A DNA stretch of 64,000 nt from Vermamoeba vermiformis (lineage: Eukaryota), in the NCBI GenBank assembly GCA_045837725.1, contig JBEWZL010000261.1, positions 1 to 64,000 on the forward strand, written 5' to 3'. The notes under the pieces are model-generated. The model saw nothing but the letters and a program-made list of their open reading frames with translations. It searched no databases and was not told where the DNA came from. Position numbers and translations under genes: made by a program. Positions 1 through 11,500 of this stretch are shown piece by piece. Every line of letters starts with the position of its first letter. The first letter of the stretch is position 1.

Positions 1-144
1 AACTAATTTTAACTTGAAAATTTAAAAATTGAAATTACGATAAAATAATGTTATAAATGGTGGAAGGATAATTTTAAAAATCTTACCTTAATTTATCTCG
101 GTCAGTGCACCGAGATTTGATCGCGTTTTGTTCGCGATCTTAAA

Positions 145-822
145 GCCGCGCTGGAACGACGCTGAATGTCATTTGGCGCGTGTGTATTGATTGTAAATGA
201 ATAATCTAAATGCCCAAATCGACACTTGTGGTCGATCTGTTGCGAATCCTAGATTCGCTACTGTCAATCCTCGAAATAACACGCGCTGAACGGCCGTGTT
301 GACCGTGGCGCGGCACTATCTGCTGTTAATAAGCAATAATGAATAAATATAACGACCTTTGTGGTCGTTCTGTTGAATTACTGATGCGAAATAGCCCGTG
401 CGCCATTTTCGCATCAGCTCTGATCCAAAATAACTCGCGCTGGAACGGCTCTGATGCCGCGGCGCGTTACTGTCAGCTGTAAATGAACTCAATAATACCA
501 AAAAATAAATAAATCGACCCTTGTGGTCGATCTGTAAAGTAAATTGTAAAATAGTGTCAAAACTTGGCGTGCTATTTTGGAAATTCAAAATAACTCGCGC
601 TGAAACGGCTCTTGATGCCGTGGCGCGTCACTTTCTGTTGTAAATAAACTATTTTGAATAAAAAGTTCGACCCTTGTTCGATCTTCCAATTCCGCATCGG
701 CTCTGCAATCTAAAAATAACTCGCGCTGTAAAGGCTCTTGGGCCGTGGCGCGTTGCTATCAGCTATAATAACGAGTAAATAACAATGATAAATGAATAAA
801 TCGACCAATGTGGTCGATCTGT
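145..822. repeat. Array of ~5 alternating hairpin motifs (period ~133-162 bp)
   Basis: Motif A ATCGACC-n5-GGTCGATCTGT at ~218, 351, 513, 666 (degenerate) and 800. Motif B AAATAAC(T/A)CGCGCTG..CGGC..GCCG.GGCGCG at ~147, 274, 427, 587 and 711. AT-rich variable linkers lie between them. Confidence 0.85.
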
Positions 823-1699
823 CTATATTTAAATTTAAATGACGCTTGCGATCGTTGACTGACTTGGTGATCGCCGCAGAAATTGTTTAAAATGATTTAA
901 ATAATAATAACAAAGATAGTAATTCTATAATTTAACGCGAGTAACGATAATCTCGTTAATCTCGCGGATTTGAATTTCAATAGAGGATCGAATCTGACCT
1001 CGAACGCATCCAATAAATAAAATTTTGCTAATATTGTTATTATTACATACCATGAATCATGCAATAGCCATTAATTGTTCATAAATCTTCCTTGATCCGT
1101 CATTTCGAGTCGACGGATCGGCGCGACGATTTCTAGCTTTCTCTGCCACCGAGAATTTTGGCATTAATTTCGCGCGTTGTTTCTCGGCGGTCTGAATCCA
1201 AAATAATTAACAATAATTAATTGAGAGGTCTGGATCAAAATTAAAAGATCCAGGGGCCCGTTGGCTCCCTCTGATCCCCGCGCTATTTATCGCTTACCTT
1301 GTCGTATTAACTAAAAAAATAATATAGCCATATTAGCTCATTGTTTGAGCTATAGTTTCGCATCAATGCGAAATTGAACACTGTTCGTTCGAGACAGTAC
1401 TGTTCAATTTCGTTCCATTTTTTGCCAGTAAATTCGGGGCGCCAAATTTTCCGGTTTTCCAGTCATTAGGCGCCCCCCAGTGCTCCCCTAACCCTAAAAA
1501 TCCGATTCGTTTTTATTGAAAGAAAATCGTTGAAATTTGGTTACTTTTTAGCGGCGACAGTCGTACCATCCACACTCATTTTTTGTACGTTCTGTTAGAG
1601 TTTTTCGTACAATAATTACGTTTTTACGGACAAAAATGGACTGAGACTCGTGGACTTTGCCATATTCAACAAAATAAACACACTATTTTAGTGTACTCT

Positions 1700-2140
1700 A
1701 TTATCTCTTGATTCTTTGTATACACCTCATATTCAAGTTTAAAGAATGACATTGCATGATATTCAACAACTAAACACTGATTTATCAGCATTCTCTCTTT
1801 ACTCTCTATGTATACGCCCTCTATTTGCATTCATTATCATCATCATCCTATTGTATACACCCCCTCATTCAAATACATTCAATTAGATTACTCAACTCTC
1901 TTCTTTGTATGCACCCTCCAATCAGACTAAAAACATCATTATTATCTTCATTCTCTATCTATGCACCCTCTATTCAGATTCAATATCATACTATCTATGC
2001 ACCCCAATCATCATTCTTCATGAGAATACAGAATGAAATCTCAAACCAAACATCACTTTACTTAATCAACATCACTTTCATTCCCCTTTCTATGCGGGGG
2101 CTAACACCGCTAATATCATCATATTTTCGTACGCCTATCA
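1700..2140. repeat. Degenerate pyrimidine-rich tandem repeat with TAT(A/G)CACCC core
   Basis: Cores tgtatacacc, tatgcaccc or tatacgccc at ~1717, 1808, 1852, 1906, 1959 and 1995, usually followed by ctattc/caatc. Confidence 0.6.
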
Positions 2141-2245
2141 TATGACATTAAAAAAACAGCTATAGAAACTTTGTAGCTACTTTTTACAATATTTTATTTT
2201 TAACCCTCTCACCCCCAAACCCTAAAGCTATATTAATTTTTTTTC

Positions 2246-2660
2246 AAGGGTCGGTTCCTCATGGAACCGGGGTTTGTAGGACTTAGTTTTTTTTAACCCC
2301 CGGTTCCTTGAGGAACCGACCCCTCTTGGACTTTATTTTTTTTCAAGGGTCGGTTCCTTGCCGTACCGGCCCCTCTTTGGACTTTATTTTTTCCCAAAGG
2401 GCAGTTCCTCACAGTACCGGGGTTGCTGGACTTAGTTTTTCTTGCCCCCCGGTTCCTTGAGGAACCGCCCCTTGTTTGAACTTCAATTTTTTTAACAGGT
2501 TGGTTCCATGCGATACCTCCCCCTGTTAGACTTTGTTTTTACATAGGACCAGCACCACACAAACCAGTCTTCCATGTGTCTGTACCCCTGGCTCCTTGTA
2601 GAACCACCCCTTGTTCACCTTTAGCTTTTCAAAGGGGATGTTCCACATTGCACCAGGCAA
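2246..2660. repeat. ~50-bp tandem repeat with palindromic GGTTCC-n5-GGAACC core and GGACTT-T-run tail
   Basis: About 9 units at ~2248, 2298, 2347, 2399, 2446, 2498, 2546, 2585 and 2634, increasingly degenerate rightwards. Confidence 0.85.
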
Positions 2661-3313
2661 TGTTTAACTTAACATTACTTAACTTACTTTAGTCTACAGC
2701 CTATCTTTGGTCCGCAGAGCTTTGCTTTCACTGCCTCGCCAAATAAAAACACCAGTTGTAACTGTTTTATGTAAAAATAAAAAAAACTTCAAACAAACTC
2801 TTGCTGTTCTTTTCTATTTATTGTTTTTCATACATTTATTCTAAGTAAATTAAAGTTAAACTTGTCTCTTAGTGTTTTTATTTTGGCATGCTTTTCAATG
2901 CAAAAGTGACGGCAAAAAGACAAAAAAAGTCAAAAATTTAACAAAAAAGGGGTTTACTGGACTTTAAACTCTATAACCCTTAAATTTCTATAACCCAGAA
3001 GCCTACTATAATCAGCTTTTAGTTTGCAAACAATCTGATTAATTATTGGCAATAAAAGCAGTGGTTGTTCAGTCACTAGATTTTGAATTAATGATAAATA
3101 ACATATTGTTTACATGCCTGCTGCATTACATTTATTCTTCTCCAGAGAGCAAAGCTCAATTTGACCAAGGTGTGTCACTTTTTGCAATACAGGTGGCCGC
3201 ATAATCCTCTCAAGAGCTTGCTCCATCTGATTGAGGTAGGAGGTTACTGAGAAACTAAAATAAGATTCAATAGGCTGTTAATGTAGCCCTATTTATTTGT
3301 TTTAGAGATTACA

Positions 3314-5014
3314 TTAAGCATCACTTGCAAGAGGCTTTTCTTCACCTTCAACCTCAGACATGTGTGATTTTAAAGCCATGCCTTTTGTCTCAGGAACCAA
3401 GAATGTCAATCCCAAACCTATAAGGGAAACAACTGCACAGCCATAGAACACAACTTGATAACCATACATCTTGGCAACAGGAGCAAACAATGCACTTCCT
3501 AAAGCATGTATTAATATCTCACAGAACTGAGTAATTCCCTTTCACTCACCAAGAATTGCACCAACTTTACCAGCCGCAGAGGACAGTCCATGGCAAGTTG
3601 CTCGAATTTCAGCAGGATAGACTTCACCAGGCACAATAAATGTAGTTGAATTTGGACCAAAGTTTGAGAAGAAGAATGTCAAGCCATAGATAACAACGAA
3701 CAAAATGCTTTGCTGCACGAGCCAGTCATAGAACAAGCCCATTGCTCCGAACACGAGGACCATGAAGGAAAAGCCTGTCAACGCATTAGTGAGTTATGGG
3801 CATCCTAATTAGGTCGTACCTAGCAATTGAATTGGTCGTCTGCCCCAAATATCGATCAGTGCAATCGATAACCAATAGCCAGGCAAGGAAATTCCGGCGA
3901 TTATTAACGATGAAATGGCTGTTCTGAACAACACTTCATCGACAGTTCCGTCACCTATAACAGCTATTAGTAACGACATTGCACTAATTCTATCACGAAC
4001 CTGACAAGCCAAGAATGATCAATACAGTCTCCTTGAACAATCCGTTGCCGTAAAAAGTGATGTCAAACAATAACCACGTGCCAGCAGTGCCCAATAACGT
4101 CCATTTGTATTCTTTCCAAATGATTGTCCAAATCATTTTCTGGGAATAAACTCCCTGCGTCTTTTTGAACTGATGAGAATCATGCAGCTTAAATCGATGA
4201 TAGGCCGTGAAAATTCCTAATCGCAATGTCCTGTTAGGAAGATATCTAACACGTTGTTATGCCGAACGTACCAGGAATGGCACCAACACCGAGAGTAATA
4301 CGCCACACATACTCAAGCGGAACTCCAACACCAATCAACAGAAGAACTGTCAAACAGTTAGTCGTCATTATACGTTCAGTGCGCGCTACTTGCCAACGAG
4401 CGGTGCTAGCACGTAGCCCCAGCCTTGCATGGAGAACACGAGGGCCATTTGTCGACCGCGTGACTCGGGCTTGGCTCCTTCAGCAGCGAGTGTCGCACTC
4501 AATGGATATTCACCGCCAATACCAAAACCAAGAATCGTTCGGAAGATTCCAAGCGAAATGTAGATCTGTCTGTGATTCGTGTTAATTCTCGACAGAAAAG
4601 TTACGCTCGTTTACCAGACTTACGAGTTGTTTGGGAATGACAATGCACAAGCTACAGCCATGACCGTGATAATTAATAGAGTAACGATGAACATTTTACG
4701 ACGTCCAATCTTGTCGCCCATTAATCCGAAAAAGAGTTGACCAAGCGTGGCACCAACCTGATTAACCGATGTAAATATGATTGCGAAACTATTAATTGAT
4801 GCCAACATACCAATACTGCAGTTGCGAGAATACTTTCTGCTTGTGTATCTTCTCCATAGATTTCACGCAAAATGACCATGACGATACCAATAACGAATAG
4901 ATCGTATGCGTCGGTCATAAATCCGACCGAAATAACAATTAAACGCACCAAAGGATGCATTTTATAGGCTGCTTTCGGCTTTACGAGAGGGTCTGTTACT
5001 TTGTAGTTTTCCAT
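3314..5014 (-). CDS. MFS inorganic phosphate transporter (PHT1/Pho84 family), multi-exon
   Basis: Motifs [63 protein letters not shown] and [23 protein letters not shown] ~5014, TAA 3314-3316. Confidence 0.92.
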
Positions 5015-5504
5015 TGATTTGTCGATCTGAAAATCAAATAAATAATTTGAATAATTATAAGTCGCGAAATAAATCGCTAAATTATTGTTTGTGAGCGTAA
5101 AAACATTGAAAATTAATTTACAGGTTTTTGACGATGCGATCCGTTGTCCCTCCAACCGTCACATCGTTCTATAAAAGTTTATATTGTGTCTTACCTTGAT
5201 GTAATAAATACTATAGTGTAGTGATCGTCATTACATGTGAAAATGACTTTTTGAGCTCGGGAGACTTTAAGACTACTGCGAGCAAACGATCTCACCAATA
5301 AATCGAGTTAGTGGTGACGTTGTTTGCTATTTTGTATTGTATGCTTTTGCAAGCGTGCAAGTAAATAAATAGTGAAGGAGAAAAGTTCATCGAATCGTCC
5401 CTCGAGGAGACGGCAGAATCACGGGAATTTCGTGCACACGTGCTTTGAAAAAGTCGCCAAAATAGTCAGCGACATTTCGCGGATCAGGTCAGGTTTATTT
5501 CTAG

Positions 5505-8500
5505 TTACATCACGTCCGCTATCTTCAAATACATGCGCAAAAAGGCCTGGTGCAGTTTTCCAACGTGAATAATTTCGTAGCGATAATCACGTGTCTCCTG
5601 CAGCAAGTACAATTCTCGGCCCCGTTCTGACTCTTCAGCGAGCGCTTCAGCAAGTTTGCTCATCACCGAACGGCTGCTCAATGTTAACATCGAGAAGTAG
5701 ATGAATATTTGTATTACTTACCGATCATTATTATCGCCCGACTCGTTGCTATCCTGAGCGCTACCTTGAGCAACAGTAGCCAACAAGCGCGCATATCCGT
5801 AGGCAATGGCCGGTGAACGGTGGCGCAGACCTGATTGCAGAGCTGGTAACACACCTTCGGACACGTATCGGAAGCGCCCTGCGGCTTCAAATGCACGCTG
5901 ATTGACGTAAATGACATCGCTAATGGCACTCTCAAACGCTCTTCGAACATTAGCAGTGACGCGTCGCAGGTAGCCAAGTATCAACATTGCTGAGGCTCGG
6001 CTGGTGAAGAAGATCTCGTCGCACACAGCATCGATCAACAGCTGATCCAGATGAGGATATTCTTGAGCGTGATTTGCAAAGGCTGCAGGCAAGCGTTGAC
6101 ACACGGCAGCACAAGCTTCAATGGCAGCATAACGCGCTTCTACGTCCTCCAAATCAAGCAGAGATTGATCCATACGCAGCGGTTTTGACAAGATCTCAAC
6201 CAGTCTCTTCAACACCACTTCAATCAACCAAGGCGCTGTTTCGTAGAGATCTCCAGCCACGCGATAGTACCGCGAGATGAGGGCAGGATAGTACCAAGGA
6301 TAGTGCTTCACTACATCAGTTAGTGCATCCAGTGCCTCTAAAGGATCTTTTGCAATTGCTGCTAGCTTAGTGAGAGTTGAACCTGCAGCGCTCAGAGCCG
6401 TCGGAGGTGATTTGATGTCGTGCCTCAACCACAGACCTGCCAATGCCTCGCGTACTGCACGCACTACCAATGGTCGCTGCTCGATTTCCAGCAAAGTCAT
6501 GAAATACGACTCGTCGCGTGTAGCTCCCTTGGACTGTTGTGCTAGCGCTACAATACCAAAGGCTGCCACCTTCTCGTTATCGTTTTCAATGCTATACTTG
6601 AGCACGCTAGCGTACTCAGGTATAGGTTTTTGATCGTGTTCCAATGCGCGGAACAAAAAGACCTTCACCTTGTCGCTGTCCGTTTTTGCGTGTAGCTTAA
6701 GCAAGGCTTGTTGAATCTTGCCACGCATTCTCTCAGGCAAATGTTCGGCGGATAAATGTAACAAGTTGTCAGCCGCACGCAACAAAGGAATCTGACAAGT
6801 GTTAGTAGTCGGATTAACAAATTTGTTAGTAGGTATTACCTGGACAGACTCGGTTGAGTTCAATAACAGGTCTAACAGTACGTCCAAAGCAGACCATGCT
6901 AGCAAGTGAATGCGCGACAGAAGGTAATGAGCTTCTTTAGCCTTCGGCCCATTGTTATTGACCAATTGCACAAACTGTTTGATTGCTTCAGGATCATCGT
7001 GAATCGTTCTTTCCCAGAACCATCGCAAGATCTGTGATACTCCCGGCTCGGATCGTGAGTACCTTAAAAGTTTGGTTTAGTAAATGGTTACAGTAGCGGT
7101 ATATAGAAAGGTCATACTTCAACGCTTGGCCAGCTATTTCCAACGCTGTGTCAGTGCCGAATTGAGACACGTTGCGTAGACTCTCAAAGCGCTCAGTGCC
7201 GTTGAACACAAGGACAGCGCGATGTCTGCTGCGATCGTCGCCCATTCGAAGGCATCGAATGAGCACGGGGACGGTGTCTGGTGTTATCAAACCGCCTTCA
7301 CCAAGTAGTAGCGCGGAATAGCGTAGAATCTTCTCGTCAACTGTCAGTGTGATAGGCACATTACTTGATGCATCGTTGGTATTCGATGGCTCATTAGACT
7401 CGTACGCTGTCGGGTCACTAGTAGCCAGTGCTTTCAAAAACCAGTTTTGTACGATTGGGAGGAGGTCTTTTTGGGGTGACCATAAGTACTGCAACAGATC
7501 GGCCACAAGTGCATTTTGATTCATGATAAGTAGTGAGTCTACCACGTATGCAATGTAGTTTGTTAAGAAATAGAACTGGCTAACTCCGTACTGTTTGATG
7601 ATCTAAACATCGCAGGTTAAAGCAATGTTGTAATGACTTTGCTCGAGACTTGAAATTACCTCAACTGCCTGGTTTTGCTTCAGTGGATCTAATAATGCAC
7701 CCCAAAGAGTCTCGTAATGCGGATAAGGAGGCACAGAGTACTCCATCATGATGCTGTTCATGTGATTCTAAAGAAAGGTTAGATACGAGTCCAGTCCTAT
7801 TCACTTTTCTTTGCTCTTACAATCATCATAATGGGAGTCCATCGTCCAATTAGCTCGGGATAGACGTTCATCATGTGCTCATATAGAAGTACATGTTGGA
7901 TTGGCGGGCGATCTTTGGCAATGGATTTGATTCCATCCTGTTAACGAAGGGGTTACTTTCAGAAAACCGATGCATCGACGCTTTACCTTTAGTTTTTCGA
8001 CAAGCTGGGAGTGCCTTTCTTTGAGCTTCTCGTAGGGACTAACGAGGATTTGAGACGAAGCGAGTGTGATTGCCATTTGATACTCCTTCTGCGAACAAAA
8101 GCTTAGTTGGTTGCTACAAAGCCAATGTTACGTACGCTTGACTTCCTGACCACATTCAACACGCTCTGAAGCACTTCGTGTCGCTTGTCACTGTCTAAAT
8201 AAGGTGCTAGAGCTAGCAATGTTTCAGCTTTGATATCCTTGTCGGGAATTTCTTCCGCAGCCTTTGCAGCCTCGGCGAATAATTTCTTTCTGGTATTTAC
8301 ATCCGGGTGATGAAGTCCAATCAACCGTAAAGTGTCACATCGCAGCTTTGGTGATCGAGCAGCATCGCTCATGGTAAGCTGAAGAGCCTTATCGAGCAAC
8401 ATCAGCTTGCCTTCAAGTGGCAACCAAGCTGAGAACCGAACAAATCGCCGCGCTTTTGAATGAACGTCCTCTGCAGCATCCGTGATGGTTTTGATGGCAA

Positions 8501-11500
8501 GCTGCACAGCTTGTTCGGGATTGGCGCTGTACTCATTGTTGAGATAAAATTTCCTAACGGAAGGGTTACAACTATGACTGATACTGTTACAAAATCTGCG
8601 CTTACCCTAAATCAGGCGTGTCGTAGCCCGAGCCCAAAAGAAGTCCCAAGTCTGGTGTGAAGACCGTTCCCAGATTAAGGTTTGCCAAGTAGAGCTCTGA
8701 CCAGCGTCGCTCTGAATGACGAATCGAGTGGAACAGAGCTTCGGACTTGATTGACACCGTGTCGTCCATGGGCATGTATGGCACCTGGAACATTATAAAA
8801 GTAAGTAATGGGTCATTGGTGCCCAATGCGGCATACCAGTGATTTAGCAAACACTAAGCTCTGCACGGGTGTGCCATGAACTGTTTTGATCAAGTTCATG
8901 CCCGGCTCGGTGCCAAGATCTAGTGCCACGGCGAATTCGTAGATTGTGTCGTGATTTTCATGCACGCACTGACTCACTTTCAACAATGAGTCGTGTGCCT
9001 CTTTCAACAGCTTTGGAATGTCAGCAACTGGATAATATGCCGCCACTCGCCACTGAATTAACGTGCGAGCCTTATGGTCAGCAATGTTACGCAGAGCAGT
9101 CCAAGCCATTTGCATCATAATGTTCTTAGTTGTTTCAGGCAACTCGGCTTCATCTAGTGCCTGGAAGGTGGGACTTTCTTCGAGGTTACGAATGACAATT
9201 GTCAACTCGTTGGTCAAGCGAGCCACGTGATTCAAAAATAACTTCACGCAATATTTCTCGAACTCGCCATTATTAGCGGAGTCGATGGATTTGCGTACGT
9301 AGCTGTCATCCTCACCTACGATCGAAATTAAACAAATGCTTGATAAGTAGTCTAATGGTCTTACCAAGTATCGATAAAATCAACAAAGCCTGTGCTTTCA
9401 TTTCCGCGTGTTGGTATGTCACGCACAAATTTGAACTCTCCCACACTGAACAAAGTACGTTCCGCAAAGGCTTAACATTGCCAACAACTATTTGTTTGCC
9501 TTTCAATTTGCTAAAATTGTACGTCAGCAAGGAGTAGAAAAAGTTTTTCAACTAACCTCAAGACAGGTAAAATCTCGTCAGTCAGCAGTGAGTCTCGATA
9601 AATCAATGACGGCTTGAACTTGCCATTGTCTTCAAGTCCTCCGTACAGTGCTACAATTGAGCGATACAACTTCGAGCTCTGAATAGACACGTGTTAGTCA
9701 CTCAACAAAATCACCTGTACAGTGACGTACCAATAACTCTTCGTGTTGCTCGCCATCTTGCAAGAACTTTCTCATCTTCAATTTGTTTTTCAGGACCTCA
9801 TTAGTTTCAAACACGCGATTGTTGTCACGTCGAACCATCAATCGTAAGGCTGAATTGATTGGCCAGCCCCAGTGAGGTGAATCATGATCCACAACATCTA
9901 ACAGCGCGAGGCCAAGGGTGGCACTGCAAAAGCCTAATTAGAGCTATTCTGCCTATTTAAATATCAACCGTACGTACCTAACAAATTCGCAAGAGTTGAT
10001 GATCGTCGCGGCTGCGTACGCGCGATTGAATTGACTTTGTTTTACTGTCTTGCTTTCACCGTGCGATGCAGCAAGGTTAGTATTGTTAGAAGAACTGCTT
10101 TTGATTGGCACGGCGTTAGTCTTCCAAGGCACGTCGTGCTCTTTCTCCTTCAAGACGCTGAGAATCGATTGCAAAACTTGATCGACTTGATCGGGGATCT
10201 CTTGCCTGATCTTCGCAAATGCATTCTGCACTTCAGTCTTAAACTTTTCAGTGATGGGCGAGTAGGTAGACTTATCGCCCTTCTTGTGCGTGTTGGTCAC
10301 AATTCGTGTCATGCGAATGTAGTCGAAATGAGTGTTTTGACAGTAAATCTCCAACAGACGAACGATTGTCTCGGCAACAATAGGCTAGATACACAAGAAT
10401 TAGGACTGTATTCTGAGTATCAAGATAAAGCCAACTTACGCCATCAATGGAGACCCCAGGATTGCTGGCGTATTCAGGCAGAATTTTCGCAATTAGTAAA
10501 GTGATTCGCGGGAACAAACTGGACCATGGTGTTAATGTAGTTGAGCTCTTCTTCGGATTAATGTAACCGTAGATTTCATCGCTACGGAATGGCTTTGCAG
10601 GCTTCTTTTTCTTCCAAATCAACGAAAAAATTCTACAATTAAGTTAGACTGGCACGTGACAAAGTTAAATTTGTACCTCTTTGGTGATTTGCTGCTCTTG
10701 GTAGGACTCTGAGCGAGATTAGAACTGCTTTGACTCGCGCCATCATCGCGCATGACCACGTCCGCTTCATTAATTGACTTGAGCGAGACACCCAAATGCG
10801 GTGCCAATTGACCAGAGTGCTCGGTAAGCAACAGATCCACGATCAACTTGTCACGTGTTGCTTTTGGCCAGGAGTGTCCGACCTCGCCAAGAGCCAAAAT
10901 AATTACTTCTCTCCAGCGAGGTTGATTAACACGCCGTAGAATTTCTGCGGCTGCACTATCGGGGTCACGAACGAGGTAGATCGCCGCGAGATATTCTTGG
11001 AATGTTAAATGCAAAAAGCCATACAAAAACTCTCCTCGAGCAGCGAGCAGTCCTACTTGTTCTCGAAGCGCTGTGACAGTAATTTAGAAATTAGCGCGTT
11101 GTCTAACATATAATAGCAAGGCCGGTCGTACCTGTCAAAAATAAACTGACGTCATTTTCGAATGTGCTTGGAGGATTGTTCGGGTCAATGTTTCGTGCTT
11201 TCGCCAGTGATTTGGCAACGATAGCCTTGAGCTTGTCTTGTTCTATTAATCCCGTTGGATAGTGCGAATGAATATGGAACGCGAGTGGTGACAAAACACC
11301 GATCACTTCTTCGACCATCAAACCTGAGTTACGCCACACCTCCACTAAACATTGTACGGCAATGCGATAAAGCTCCACGCGCTGTTTAGGAAGTGAGCCA
11401 CCGCTGTAGTGAAGTAGTGCCAAAGTGGTTAATAGCAAAGGGTTTGTTGCTAATTCGCGCACACTTGGCTGAGTCAAAATACTCTTTTTCAAAGACAACG

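Noticed and set aside
145-822. CRISPR array interpretation of the repeat/spacer pattern
   Set aside because: Two alternating degenerate motifs, irregular 133-162 bp period, eukaryotic context and no cas genes.
1486-1497. CCCTAACCCTAA telomere-like sequence
   Set aside because: Only two units, so not a telomeric tract.
316-2145. ORFs 316-588 (-) and 1825-2145 (+)
   Set aside because: They are translations of the repeat arrays, with non-ATG starts and no protein-like features.
6994-7120. Apparent frameshift in the NACHT gene
   Set aside because: Explained by a ~55-nt GTATGA...TTTTAAG intron giving LK-YSRSEPGVSQILRWFW.
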